Shown: piece by piece, positions 10,136-20,302 of the stretch
How the letters are laid out: the number at the start of each line of letters is the position of its first letter
Numbering within the stretch: the first letter of the stretch is position 1
Origin: an uncultured Clostridiaceae bacterium
GTDB lineage: Bacteria > Bacillota > Clostridia > TANB77 > CAG-508
Reading direction: 5' to 3'
Assembly: GCA_947245665.1 (NCBI GenBank)
Contig: CAMXOP010000008.1
Span: 1-30,400 of the forward strand
Length of the DNA: 30,400 nt
Notes under the pieces: model-generated
Databases searched by the model: none
What the model was told of the DNA's origin: nothing
The model's input: only the letters and a program-made list of their open reading frames with translations
Program-made: the position numbers and the translations under genes

Positions 10136-10957
10136 TTATTGTTTTTTTCCTTCTGGTAGTGCTGGTACATCTAATACTATTCTTATTCTAAATGCATATC
10201 TTAAGGCTCTACCTATTTTGCTCTCTTTTATTTTTTGCCATAATGATGGTTTTACTTCAAATGTTGTTTCTTGTACATAGTTTTGTTGCTCTACTACTTC
10301 TTCTATTTCCTCTACAGCTTCTTTTACTTCTTCTACTGGTGTAGGAATTAGTTTTAATGCATCTGCTATTTCTATTCCTATGTAACTTAATGCTTTTGAT
10401 CTATCTTCTATTCTTTCCATATCTATTTCTATATGTAAGTTAGATTCTAAATTTACTATTCTTGCATTTATTAGTTTTACTGCATCTTGATAATTTTGTG
10501 TTTCTTTATTTTTTGCTCTTCCTACTATTCCTAATGCTTCTACTATATCTTCTGAGAAATTATTTGATGCTTCTTTTAATGTATTTTTCCAGCCTTCTTC
10601 TTTTTCTTGTATGGTGTCTAATGTTTCTTTTAGTTTTCCTGCCATCGCTATATTTGCTTCTCTTTGACGAATTAACTCTTCTATTTTCTTTGTATTTTCT
10701 TCAAATTGATTTGTTGCAAATTCTACTAATTGATATGAAGCTTTATATACACTTGGCGGAAAGTTTTTCTTTTTTGGATATTCTATTAAATATGTTTTTA
10801 TAGATTCTATTAAATCTTTAAAATATGCATCATCATCTAATTGTATTATTTGCTTTTTGCTTTTTGGATTAATTAATTTTTGTATCTTATCTATATTTGA
10901 TAAAATTTTCTCTTCTGTGATTACCATTCTCACATTTACTATGCCAGATCTAGACAT
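10136..10957 (-). CDS. Hypothetical coiled-coil protein
   Basis: 273-aa ORF with a GGGAGGG RBS 7 nt upstream of the ATG at 10957. It is Glu/Lys-rich and predicted helical, with a basic amphipathic C-terminus (KIGRALRYAFRIRIV). No family recognised. Confidence 0.55.
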   Translation of the reverse strand: MSRSGIVNVRMVITEEKILSNIDKIQKLINPKSKKQIIQLDDDAYFKDLIESIKTYLIEYPKKKNFPPSVYKASYQLVEFATNQFEENTKKIEELIRQREANIAMAGKLKETLDTIQEKEEGWKNTLKEASNNFSEDIVEALGIVGRAKNKETQNYQDAVKLINARIVNLESNLHIEIDMERIEDRSKALSYIGIEIADALKLIPTPVEEVKEAVEEIEEVVEQQNYVQETTFEVKPSLWQKIKESKIGRALRYAFRIRIVLDVPALPEGKKQ

Positions 10958-11143
10958 TGTAAACCCTCCCTTTTCCTAAGTTTTATATTACAATTGCTAA
11001 TTTCTTCTGCATGAAATTACAATAAAATTCATAATATTATATTTTTTGACTTCTATTTCATTTTAATACAAGTTTTTTTACATGTCAATACTCAAATGCC
11101 TATTTCCGTAAAATTTAACACAATTGTAACATTGTTGTAATAA

Positions 11144-13012
11144 TTAATTATCCTTCTTAATTTCTTCAAATCTTTTTATTTTCATAGTTGTTGTTTTTGC
11201 AAATTCGTCTTTTTTTATTTCTAGTTTCTTTATTGCTTTATATGATGTTAATTTTCTATTTACACCTTTTATTTGTTCCCATATTATATTATGTATTTGT
11301 TCATCTGTTAAACCTTTTCCATGTTTTGCTTCTATTTCTTCCATATTTGGTATTACTTTTACTGTTATTATTAGTTCTTTTTCTCCTTCTATTTCTTTTC
11401 CATATACCATACATTCTTTTATTTCTGCTACTTCTCCTAGCATTAATTCTATTTCTTCTGGATATATGTTTTTTCCATTTTGTGTTACTATAACATTTTT
11501 TGTTCTACCTGTTATGTATAAAAATCCGTCTTCATCTAAGTAGCCTACATCTCCTGCATGGAACCATCTATTTCCTTCTTCATCTATTTCTATTACTTCC
11601 CTTGTTGCTTCTTCATTTTCATAGTATCCTAGCATTAATGTTTTACTTTTTATTAGAACTTCTCCTTCACCTTTTTCATTTGGATTATCTATTTTTATTT
11701 CTGCACAGTTTACTGCTTTTCCTGCTGAACCTACTCTTGGATCAAATTCTGGCGTTAATGCTGCAATTGGTGCTGTTTCTGTTAGTCCATATCCTTGTAG
11801 GAAACTTATTCCTAGGTCTTGAACCCATTTTCCTACTTTGCTATCTATTGGTGCAGCTGCTGAAACTATTATTCTTATATTTCCACCTAAGTTTTCATAT
11901 ATTTCACTAAATACTTTTCTTTTTATATCTACTCCTACACTTTTTAGTGCATTAGTGACATGCATCATTGAATTTACTAAACCTGATTTTCCACTTTTTT
12001 CTATTGTTTTATTTATTTTTTTGTATAAGTTTTCTATTAGTAATGGAACTGCTATCATTGCTGTTGGTTTTGTTTCTTGTAGGTCTGGTACTATATGTTT
12101 TAGTCCTTGACATACTGCAACAGATGCTCCATTTGCAAATGGTAATAGGAAACCTATTGAAGATTCATATGTATGGTGTAGTGGTAATACTGAAAATAGC
12201 CTGTCTGTTTGATATAATTTTACATATGTACTAACTGCATTTATGTTTTCTGCTAAGTTTCTATTACATATCATTACTCCTTTTGAGTTTGATGTTGTAC
12301 CTGATGTAAATATAAGTACTTTGAATTCATCTGGGTCTACTTCTATTTTTTCAAAAGATGTATCGCCTTTTTCTATCATTTCTTTTCCTTGTTTTATTAT
12401 AGTATTAATTCCTATTTCTCTTCCTTCTAGTTCATTGTCTGAATTCATTTGTATAAAGTATTTTACTGTTGGTAATTTATCTTGTACTTTTTTAATAGTG
12501 TCCTTTTTCTTACTTGAATATATTACTGCTGTAGCCTTTGACCTATTTATTACATTTTCTATTTCATTTGCTGGAAGCTCTTTATCTACTGGAACTGCTA
12601 AACCTGTTCCACATAGCATTGCCATATATGATACATACCAATAGTATGTATTTTCACCTATTATTACTACTCTTTCATTTTTTAGACTATATTTATTTGT
12701 TAATGCTGTTCCTAAAGCTATTACATCATCTGTGAATTGCTTATATGTTATTTTTTTAAATTCTTCTTTTGGATTAAATTTTTCTAATATACATATATTA
12801 TCTTCATATTTTTCTCTACTTCTATAGAATACTTCTTTTATTGTTTCATAATTTGTTTTTTCATATTGTTTGTTTTTTCCTTTTTGTAGTCCTTCTTGTT
12901 TATTTTTTAATTCTTCATAGTCTACTTGTACTTCTTCTATATTTTCTATGTTTTTCATTTTTATCTTTGGAAATTTAAAATTTGGTACTTTAAAATCTTT
13001 TAATATTCTCAT
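11144..13012 (-). CDS. Long-chain fatty acid-CoA ligase (AMP-forming, ANL superfamily)
   Basis: 622-aa ORF with the AMP-binding motif IFTSGTTSNSKGVM, plus GYGLTET, the GD.G..DEDGFLYITGR hinge region and a C-terminal TMKIKR. Confidence 0.85.
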   Translation of the reverse strand: MRILKDFKVPNFKFPKIKMKNIENIEEVQVDYEELKNKQEGLQKGKNKQYEKTNYETIKEVFYRSREKYEDNICILEKFNPKEEFKKITYKQFTDDVIALGTALTNKYSLKNERVVIIGENTYYWYVSYMAMLCGTGLAVPVDKELPANEIENVINRSKATAVIYSSKKKDTIKKVQDKLPTVKYFIQMNSDNELEGREIGINTIIKQGKEMIEKGDTSFEKIEVDPDEFKVLIFTSGTTSNSKGVMICNRNLAENINAVSTYVKLYQTDRLFSVLPLHHTYESSIGFLLPFANGASVAVCQGLKHIVPDLQETKPTAMIAVPLLIENLYKKINKTIEKSGKSGLVNSMMHVTNALKSVGVDIKRKVFSEIYENLGGNIRIIVSAAAPIDSKVGKWVQDLGISFLQGYGLTETAPIAALTPEFDPRVGSAGKAVNCAEIKIDNPNEKGEGEVLIKSKTLMLGYYENEEATREVIEIDEEGNRWFHAGDVGYLDEDGFLYITGRTKNVIVTQNGKNIYPEEIELMLGEVAEIKECMVYGKEIEGEKELIITVKVIPNMEEIEAKHGKGLTDEQIHNIIWEQIKGVNRKLTSYKAIKKLEIKKDEFAKTTTMKIKRFEEIKKDN

Positions 13013-13099
13013 TTCTATTTTCTCCTTTTTATTTTCTATAATTTAATATGTTTTCCAAAAGGCACAGTGCACAGGCCCCTATGGTGCAAAATTTAAAAT

Positions 13100-13666
13100 T
13101 TATTTTTTTAATTTTTTTATAAATGATTTATCTATTTCATTAAATAATTCTGGAACTTCTATATTTTTTTCTCTTCTTAGTTTATATATTAAGCTAGAAC
13201 ACACAAATCCAAATATTCCTGATGCTATTACATTTGGGTTCGCTTCTAATATTTCTCCATTGTTTATTCCTTTTTCTACTATTTCTTGTATCATCTGAAT
13301 ATATTCAAATACATAGTCTCTACACATCTTGCTCCTAGAACCTGTTCCCCATATTTCACTTAATATAATAGTCATAAAACTTTCATATTTTACTAATACT
13401 TTAAGTTCTATAAGTACTACTGCTCTTATTTTATCTATACTGTTTGTTAATTTATCTGTTTTTATCGCAATACTATTTTTTAGGAGTTTCACTCCCTCTT
13501 CTACTAAAAACTTAAATATTTCTTCCTTACTTGAAAAGTGATAATACAATGTTCCTTTTGCTACACCTACTGTTGCAGTTATTTCTTCAATACTTGTAGC
13601 ATCATATCCTTTTTCTGCAAAGAGTTTCATTGATGCTTCAAATATTTTTCTTTTTGTTTTATTCAT
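13100..13666 (-). CDS. TetR/AcrR-family transcriptional regulator
   Basis: TetR HTH: IFEASMKLFAEKGYDATSIEEITATVGVAKGTLYYHFSSKEEIF. The preferred start is the ATG at 13666 (MNKTKRK), preceded by AAGAGGT. The ORF track starts at an upstream TTG (13687). It lies directly upstream of the acyl-CoA ligase. Confidence 0.85.
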   Translation of the reverse strand: MNKTKRKIFEASMKLFAEKGYDATSIEEITATVGVAKGTLYYHFSSKEEIFKFLVEEGVKLLKNSIAIKTDKLTNSIDKIRAVVLIELKVLVKYESFMTIILSEIWGTGSRSKMCRDYVFEYIQMIQEIVEKGINNGEILEANPNVIASGIFGFVCSSLIYKLRREKNIEVPELFNEIDKSFIKKLKK

Positions 13667-14180
13667 CCATTTTACCTCTTTTTTCAATATTCTTTTTTAT
13701 TATATAATTTTATTTGCACATTTGCAAGTACTTTTTTCATTTAACTAATTGGCCAAAATTCAATTCATTTTTTAATAATTTTATTTAAAGTGACTTTCTA
13801 AAAAAATGATATAGTACTATTATTTACTATATCATTTTTTTATAATAATTAAATCTATCTATATCCTAGAATTTTTACTGGTATAATCTCTCTATCATCT
13901 ATACCCAACATATTGGGATTTTCCCATAATATAGTTTCACTTTTGCTATCATCTACTATTACATTTTTTTCTCCATTTATTGATGCTAATTTTAATTGAC
14001 CATTTATTTCAAATTCATATGGATAATCTTTTAATTTAGTAAATATTGATTTTGGTTCTTCTCCTACTTCATATTTTGTGCTTGCTACTTGTTTTTTTCT
14101 GTTACATATTCAATTTTATATATAAGAAAACTAATTTCCTAATTAATTCAGAACAAATATATATTTAATTTATTTATTAT

Positions 14181-14219
14181 AAAAGCTATAATTTTGAGCT
14201 TTCTCAAATTATAGCTTTT
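14181..14219 (-). terminator. Long hairpin terminator downstream of mreB
   Basis: AAAAGCTATAATTTTGAG / CTCAAATTATAGCTTTT (17-18-bp arms with one bulge, 4-nt loop) begins 6 nt after the mreB stop. The trailing U-tract is weak. Confidence 0.55.
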
Positions 14220-14224
14220 ACTCT

Positions 14225-15238
14225 TTATCTTTTTGATTTTCCATCTAATGAATCTAAATTATCTAATGCTTTTCCTGTTCCTAATGCTACACATGATACT
14301 GTATCTTGAGCTATCATTACATTTATTCCTGTTTTTTCTTGTAATAGTTTATCTAGTCCATCTACTAAACATCCTCCACCTGTCATATAAATTCCTCTAT
14401 CACTTATGTCTGCTGCAAGTTCTGGTGGTGTTTTTTCTAATACTGAATGTACACTATCTACTATCATCATTGCTGGTTCTATTAAAGCTTCTAACATTTC
14501 ACTTGAATGTATTGTTATTGTTTTTGGTAATCCTGTTATCAAGTCTCTTCCTCTTATATCCATTTCTGTATCTTGTATTTTTGGATATACACAGCCTATA
14601 TTTATTTTTAAATCTTCTGCTGTTCTTTCTCCTATCATTACGTTATGCTTTTTCTTTATATATTTTACTATATATTCATCAAATTTATCTCCAGCTACTT
14701 TTAATGATGTATTTACAACACTTCCTCCTAATGATATAACTGCTATATCTGTTGTTCCTCCACCTATATCTACAACCATATTTCCACATGGTTTTGATAT
14801 ATCTATTCCAGCACCTATTGCTGCTGCTATTGGCTCTTCTATTAAATATACTCTTCTTGCTCCTGCTTGTGATGCTGCATCTATTACTGCCTTTTTTTCA
14901 ACTTCTGTTACTTGTGATGGTATACATATCATTATTCTTGGTGCAAATACAAATTTTCCACACACTTTATTTATAAAGTATTTTAACATTTTCTCTGTAA
15001 CTGTATAGTTTGAAATTACACCTTCTCTTAGTGGTCTTGTTGCTACTATATTTCCTGGTGTTCTTCCTAGCATTCTCCTTGCCTCTTTCCCTACTGCTAA
15101 GACATTTCCTGTATTGTTATCAACAGCTACTACTGATGGCTCACGAAGTACTATTCCTTTTCCTTTCACATAGGCTATAACTGTTGCTGTTCCTAAATCT
15201 ATTCCTATATCTTGTCCAAAATTAAACATTTCTTGCAT
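14225..15238 (-). CDS. mreB: Rod shape-determining protein MreB/Mbl (actin-like ATPase)
   Basis: 337-aa ORF with DIGIDLGTA, REPSVVA, LIEEPIAAAIGAG, VVDIGGGTTD and GIYMTGGG. The true start may be the second ATG (15229), which is better spaced from the AAAGGAAG RBS. No mreC/mreD is adjacent. Confidence 0.9.
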   Translation of the reverse strand: MQEMFNFGQDIGIDLGTATVIAYVKGKGIVLREPSVVAVDNNTGNVLAVGKEARRMLGRTPGNIVATRPLREGVISNYTVTEKMLKYFINKVCGKFVFAPRIMICIPSQVTEVEKKAVIDAASQAGARRVYLIEEPIAAAIGAGIDISKPCGNMVVDIGGGTTDIAVISLGGSVVNTSLKVAGDKFDEYIVKYIKKKHNVMIGERTAEDLKINIGCVYPKIQDTEMDIRGRDLITGLPKTITIHSSEMLEALIEPAMMIVDSVHSVLEKTPPELAADISDRGIYMTGGGCLVDGLDKLLQEKTGINVMIAQDTVSCVALGTGKALDNLDSLDGKSKR

Positions 15239-15402
15239 CTTCCTTTCGGTTTCTATTTCTCTTTTATTACAAAACTGTTACAATTATATTACATGTATTT
15301 AAAAATATCAATCTTTTTTTCAAAAAACTTTATATTATTTGAAGAAAACTAATTATATGTATAGTGTTCACATATTTACACATCTAAACACTATTAAATA
15401 TT

Positions 15403-15492
15403 AAAAGGTCCAGAGAATTGGCACATCTTTAAAAGATAAAGTGAGTCAATTTTCTCCGTCCCTTTTGACTTAATTTTCTCCGTTCCTTTTGA
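15403..15492. repeat. Intergenic repeat cluster (family copy R1): one forward and two inverted ~25-nt units
   Basis: The minus strand reads TCAAAAGGAACGGAGAAAATTAAG and TCAAAAGGGACGGAGAAAATTGACTCAC. The plus-strand unit AAAAGGTCCAGAGAATTGGCACATC forms an imperfect inverted repeat with them. The units resemble those at 21071..21130 and 25811..25960. Confidence 0.55.
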
Positions 15493-15512
15493 TTTTTGAG
15501 CGTTTTTTACTT

Positions 15513-16715
15513 TTATTTTAATAGCTCAATCGCTTTTTGTAATTGTGTATCTTCTTTTTTATCTATATTATATATACTTTCACCTTCTGGAAATTCTATT
15601 TCATATTCTGGTGTTATTCCTACTTTATTTATTGTATTATGTTTTGGTGTATAATACTCATTTGTTGTTAATTTTATTCCACTTCCATCTTTTAATGTAA
15701 ATATACTTTGTATTACACCTTTTCCATAAGTTGTTGTTCCTACTACTTTTACAGTATCTTCTGAATTTTCTTTTATTGCTGCTGTTAATATCTCTGAAGC
15801 ACTTGCAGTATTTTCATTTACTAGTATTACTACTGGTATATCTATTGTTTTGTCCTTTTTGGCTTTTGTTATTTCTTCTTTTTTATCTTTTCCAGTTGTA
15901 ATTAATAATGTTACCCCTTTATCTGTAAACATATCTGCTATATTTGTAGCTTCTTCTACTATTCCTCCACCATTGTTTCTTAAGTCTATTATTAATGATT
16001 TTATGTTTTTCTCTTTTATATTATTATAATTTTGCATGAATTCTTCATAACATCCATCATCAAATGTTGAAATTTGAATGTATCCTATATCATTTTCTAG
16101 TACTTCTGATTCTATATGATTTACTTTTATTGTTCTTCTTTCTACTTCTATTTCAAGTGTTTCTTCATTTCTTAATATTTCTAATTTTACTTTTGTTCCT
16201 TCTTCTGCTTTTAATTTATTTGATGCCTCAGTTAAGTTCTCTCCTTTATACTCTTTTCCATCTATTTTTAATATTATATCTCCTGATTTTATCCCAGCTT
16301 CTTCTGATGGTGAACCTTTCATTGGCATTATTACTACTATTTGATTTGTTTGTGTATTGTTTGTTATATATATTCCTATTCCTACATATTTACCTGTTGC
16401 ATCTGCCATATAGTCTTGCATTTCTTCTTTTGTTATATATTCTGAATATTGATCTCCTAATCCTTCAAAATACCCTTTTATTGCAGACTCTAGCATTGTT
16501 TTTTCGTCTATATCATATATATAGTTTTCATCTATAAACCTTTTATAATATGCTATTTTTTGCCCTATTGAAGTACTATCTGATGGTATATACCTAATAT
16601 TTGAGTTTCCTACAGTTTTATATAACGCTATTGTTGTAACTATAAATGTTATTATAGATGTTAATACTACTAGCATTATAATTTTATATACTTTCTGATT
16701 TCTCTCTGATTTCAT
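15513..16715 (-). CDS. Carboxyl-terminal processing protease (S41 family, PDZ domain)
   Basis: 400-aa ORF with an N-terminal TM anchor, a PDZ region (GSPSEEAGIKSGDIILKIDG) and S41 catalytic-region motifs (LIIDLRNNGGG, NENTASASEI). Confidence 0.85.
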   Translation of the reverse strand: MKSERNQKVYKIIMLVVLTSIITFIVTTIALYKTVGNSNIRYIPSDSTSIGQKIAYYKRFIDENYIYDIDEKTMLESAIKGYFEGLGDQYSEYITKEEMQDYMADATGKYVGIGIYITNNTQTNQIVVIMPMKGSPSEEAGIKSGDIILKIDGKEYKGENLTEASNKLKAEEGTKVKLEILRNEETLEIEVERRTIKVNHIESEVLENDIGYIQISTFDDGCYEEFMQNYNNIKEKNIKSLIIDLRNNGGGIVEEATNIADMFTDKGVTLLITTGKDKKEEITKAKKDKTIDIPVVILVNENTASASEILTAAIKENSEDTVKVVGTTTYGKGVIQSIFTLKDGSGIKLTTNEYYTPKHNTINKVGITPEYEIEFPEGESIYNIDKKEDTQLQKAIELLK

Positions 16716-16900
16716 GCTTTTTCCTTCTTTCTTGAATTATTACTATTTTCATTTTAAATAGGCAGACTTAAAGACCTGCCCAATTAAAGTTTAAATAATT
16801 GTATCTTCTTCTCTTTTTAATATTTATTTAAATAATCCTTTTAAGAGCAGACAGCGACTGGCGCTGCCTCTACAATTAATTATATTTTACTTTTATAATT

Positions 16901-18052
16901 TTATTCACTTTTTCCTTGTAAAAATGGCATTGGATCTACACAAGTTCCATTTATTCTAACTTCAAAATGTAAATGTGGACCTGTTGAGTTTCCTGTTGAA
17001 CCTACTTCCATAATTAAGTCACCTTTTTTTACTTCTTTCCCTACTTGTGTTAATATAGCTTGTCCATGTCCATATAGAGTTGAAATTCCATTTCCATGAT
17101 TTATTATTACACAATTTCCATAACCTCCATAGCTCCCTGCCATTGTTACTACTCCATCAGTAGCTGCTATAATTGGTGCTCCAAATCCTGCATTTCCTAT
17201 ATCTATTCCTGTATGTTTTTTTATTATTCCTTGTATTGGGTGTTCTCTTATTCCATATGCTGAAGTTATATATGTACCATTTTTTGCAATTGGCCACGCC
17301 ATTACTCCTCCTGTGTAATCTCCAGTATATTCATACTCATTTGTTGCAACTTGTATTAATGCTTCTATTCTTGCCTCTTCTTGTTTATATTCTTCTATTT
17401 TTTGTTGCAATTCTTGCTCTTCTTGTGATAAATTTGCCATTGCTTGTTCTTTTAGTATTTTATTATTCTGTGTTATAACTGCTAATTGTTCTTTTTTTGC
17501 TTTTTTTACTTTTAAAGTTGCCTTTTGTTCTTCTAATATTTGTTTTGCATTTTTTACTTCTTCTTTTTCTTCTTCTATTTCTTGTAATAATTCTACATCA
17601 CTTTGTATGATTTCTTGAATAGCATAATAATTTGATAGAAAATCTACCACACTTGCTGAATGCATTAACATATCTAAATATGTTACATCTCCAGCTTCAT
17701 ATGTAGCTACTAGCCTTTGTTGTAATAAGTCTTCATTTTCTATATAACTATTTTCTACTTTTTCAAGTTTTAGTGCTATTTCATCTATTTTTGTTTGTAA
17801 ATCTTTTAATTCTGATTCTAAACCATTTATATCATTTTCTGCTTGTTTTATTGTATCATCTAGTTCTTGTATTTTTACTACTGCACTTGAAAGTTCTTCT
17901 TGTACATATTCTAGTTTTTGCTCCGCTTCTTGCTTTTGCTCTTGTACTTCTTGTTTTTGTTCTCCTAATGTTGCTGCTTTAGTTATTATCATAGAATAAG
18001 AGCATGCAACTATAGTAAATATAATAATTATTGTAATTACTTTTTTTATCAT
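16901..18052 (-). CDS. Coiled-coil M23/LytM peptidoglycan metalloendopeptidase (EnvC-like architecture)
   Basis: 383-aa ORF with a signal/anchor, a ~200-aa coiled coil and a C-terminal M23 domain. Metal ligands are intact (HTGIDIG, GPHLHFEV). Confidence 0.85.
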   Translation of the reverse strand: MIKKVITIIIIFTIVACSYSMIITKAATLGEQKQEVQEQKQEAEQKLEYVQEELSSAVVKIQELDDTIKQAENDINGLESELKDLQTKIDEIALKLEKVENSYIENEDLLQQRLVATYEAGDVTYLDMLMHSASVVDFLSNYYAIQEIIQSDVELLQEIEEEKEEVKNAKQILEEQKATLKVKKAKKEQLAVITQNNKILKEQAMANLSQEEQELQQKIEEYKQEEARIEALIQVATNEYEYTGDYTGGVMAWPIAKNGTYITSAYGIREHPIQGIIKKHTGIDIGNAGFGAPIIAATDGVVTMAGSYGGYGNCVIINHGNGISTLYGHGQAILTQVGKEVKKGDLIMEVGSTGNSTGPHLHFEVRINGTCVDPMPFLQGKSE

Positions 18053-18070
18053 ACTCTATCCTTCCTTTCT

Positions 18071-19276
18071 TTAGCTTGGTGTTGTTGCTCCTGCTGCTAA
18101 TGTATATCCTCCTGGTAAATAGTCTAATGGATTTAAGAAATTGCTATTAAAGTAGTTTGATACTGAAGATGCTTTTCTTACTTCAAAATGTAAGTGCCTT
18201 CCTGTACTACTTCCTCTTCCTTCATCTGTTAGTCCCCCTCCTGATGTAGCTATTACTTGACCTTGAGTTACATATTGCCCACTTGATACTTTTCTTGATA
18301 ATAAGTGTGCATATAAAGTAATGTATCCACTACCATGTACAATCATAATATAATTACCATATCCACCTGGGTTTTCTAAGTTATATGCTATACCTGATGC
18401 TGCTGCATATACATTTTCATGTGATGCTCCAATATCTATTCCTTTATGCCATCTTCCCCACCTTTTCTTTACTGTTGATGTTACTACTTTATTATTACAT
18501 GGCCAAATAAAACTTCCATCAAATTTTAATCCTGAATTTGATACTTGGTTATTTGCTTGTGATAATATTTGAGCTATTTGTTGTTCTACTTTTTTAATTT
18601 GTGCATTATATTGATCTATTTCATTTTGAAGTTTTTTCTTTTCATCACTTAAAGCATTTGCTTTTTCTTGTCTTTGAGCTTTTTTTGCTTTTAAGCTATT
18701 AGTTTTTGAAACTTTATCATTTTTTAATACTACTATTTGATTTTTTTGTTCTTCTAGAGTTTGCTTTGCTTCTTCTATTTCTTTTTTATCATTTTCTATA
18801 GTTTGTAATAGTTCTGTATCATATTCTACTAGTTGTGACATTGTATAATAATTTGATATGAAATCTACTATATTAGAAGAATTTAATAAAATATCCAAAA
18901 ATGATGTTTCTCCTACTTCATACATTGCTACCATTCTTTGTGCTAGTAAATCTTCATTCTCATCATATTCTTTTTTCTTTTCTTCTATTAATTGTTCTTT
19001 TTCTGTAATTGATTTTTCTACTTCTTTTATTTGTGCTTCTAATTCATTTATTTGTTCTTCACCTTGTGATATTTCATAATCTAAGTCAGAAATTACTTTC
19101 ATTTCTTCATCTAGTTCTTCTTGTACCTGTGATTGTTCATCTTTTGCATCTTTAATTTTATCATTTATTTCGTTTTTTTGTCCATTTAAAGCTGATGTCG
19201 AAGTAGCTATTACTGTATACAGGTATGCTTGTAATAATATTAGAATTAATACTATAGATATTATTTTTCTTTTCAT
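18071..19276 (-). CDS. Coiled-coil M23/LytM peptidoglycan metalloendopeptidase (paralog of the downstream gene)
   Basis: 401-aa ORF with the same architecture. M23 motifs are HKGIDIG and GRHLHFEV. It shares the DLLAQRMVAMYE / DLLQQRLVATYE and FLSNYY/FISNYY blocks with its neighbour. Confidence 0.85.
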   Translation of the reverse strand: MKRKIISIVLILILLQAYLYTVIATSTSALNGQKNEINDKIKDAKDEQSQVQEELDEEMKVISDLDYEISQGEEQINELEAQIKEVEKSITEKEQLIEEKKKEYDENEDLLAQRMVAMYEVGETSFLDILLNSSNIVDFISNYYTMSQLVEYDTELLQTIENDKKEIEEAKQTLEEQKNQIVVLKNDKVSKTNSLKAKKAQRQEKANALSDEKKKLQNEIDQYNAQIKKVEQQIAQILSQANNQVSNSGLKFDGSFIWPCNNKVVTSTVKKRWGRWHKGIDIGASHENVYAAASGIAYNLENPGGYGNYIMIVHGSGYITLYAHLLSRKVSSGQYVTQGQVIATSGGGLTDEGRGSSTGRHLHFEVRKASSVSNYFNSNFLNPLDYLPGGYTLAAGATTPS

Positions 19277-19375
19277 TTTTTTCTCCTATCTTGTTTTAGT
19301 TTTGATGGTACATATCTTTACCTAAAGTACTTTCTTAAGGATAATATATGTACCAAGTTGTATGATTCTATTATT

Positions 19376-20302
19376 CTAAACTTCTAGATATTTTCTCATT
19401 GATATTATACTTCCTATTGTTCCTATTCCTATTCCTAGTATTAAATACACTGTAATTACTAAAGCAAATACTTCTGAGAATGTTAGCACACTTAAACTAA
19501 TTGTATTAGCAATTGAAGATGTTGCTATTTTTTGTATTACAAAATTATATCCTACTACTAATAAAAGTACTGATAATAATGCTGCAAGTATTCCAATTAT
19601 TATACCTTCTACAATAAATGGCCACCTTATGAAGCCATTTGTTGCTCCAACATATTTCATTATTGTAATTTCTTTTCTTCTTGCATGCACTGTAAGTTTT
19701 ATTGTATTTGCTATAATAAATATTGAAATTATAATTAACAATATTAGTATAATACCTGAAACTATTCTAACTCCATTTGCTAGGTTTAATAAAGCATTTA
19801 TTGTTGCATCTCTAAGTTCTACATTTTTTACATTCTCAAAACCATCTATTTGAGCTTTTACATCACTTGCTTTTTCTAAGTTTGTTAATGTTACTACAAA
19901 AGATGCTCCTAATGGGTTTTTATCTCCTGTATATGCTTCTAATAGTTTTCCATATTTGCCAAATCTCTCCATTTGACTATTTATAGCTTGTTCTCTTGAT
20001 ATATATGTAACTTTTGCAACATCTTCTAGTCCTTTAATATCTTCTTGCAATTTTTGTATTTGCTCTTCTGTTGCATCTTTGTACATAAATACTTGCATAC
20101 CTTGTTCTGATTCAACTTCTTTCATTATATGGTTTACGTTTTCTCCAATTAAAAAGAATAAACCAAAAATTAGCATAGTAGCACACATTATCATTAATGA
20201 TGCTCCTGTTGATTTTTTATTTTTCATTACATTGTGAAAACCTTCACTTAATAAATGTCCTATTATATTATATCTCACTATCATAACCACCTTTTCTATC
20301 AT
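19376..20302 (-). CDS. ftsX: Cell-division ABC transporter permease-like protein FtsX
   Basis: ~300-aa ORF with four TM segments and a large first extracellular loop, directly after ftsE. The likely real start is the ATG at 20284 (MIVRYNII), preceded by GAAAAGGTGG. Confidence 0.85.
   Translation of the reverse strand: MIEKVVMIVRYNIIGHLLSEGFHNVMKNKKSTGASLMIMCATMLIFGLFFLIGENVNHIMKEVESEQGMQVFMYKDATEEQIQKLQEDIKGLEDVAKVTYISREQAINSQMERFGKYGKLLEAYTGDKNPLGASFVVTLTNLEKASDVKAQIDGFENVKNVELRDATINALLNLANGVRIVSGIILILLIIISIFIIANTIKLTVHARRKEITIMKYVGATNGFIRWPFIVEGIIIGILAALLSVLLLVVGYNFVIQKIATSSIANTISLSVLTFSEVFALVITVYLILGIGIGTIGSIISMRKYLEV

Noticed and set aside
10462-12735. Long Leu/Phe-rich ORFs antisense to real genes (for example 10462..10803, 11188..11493, 11500..11910, 12243..12644; also 176..403, 6986..7348, 14233..14739, 16064..16537, 17173..17478)
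   Set aside because: These are low-complexity shadow ORFs. They arise because antisense strands of AT-rich, purine-rich coding sequence lack stops. They have no RBS and no family resemblance, and each fully overlaps a well-supported gene.
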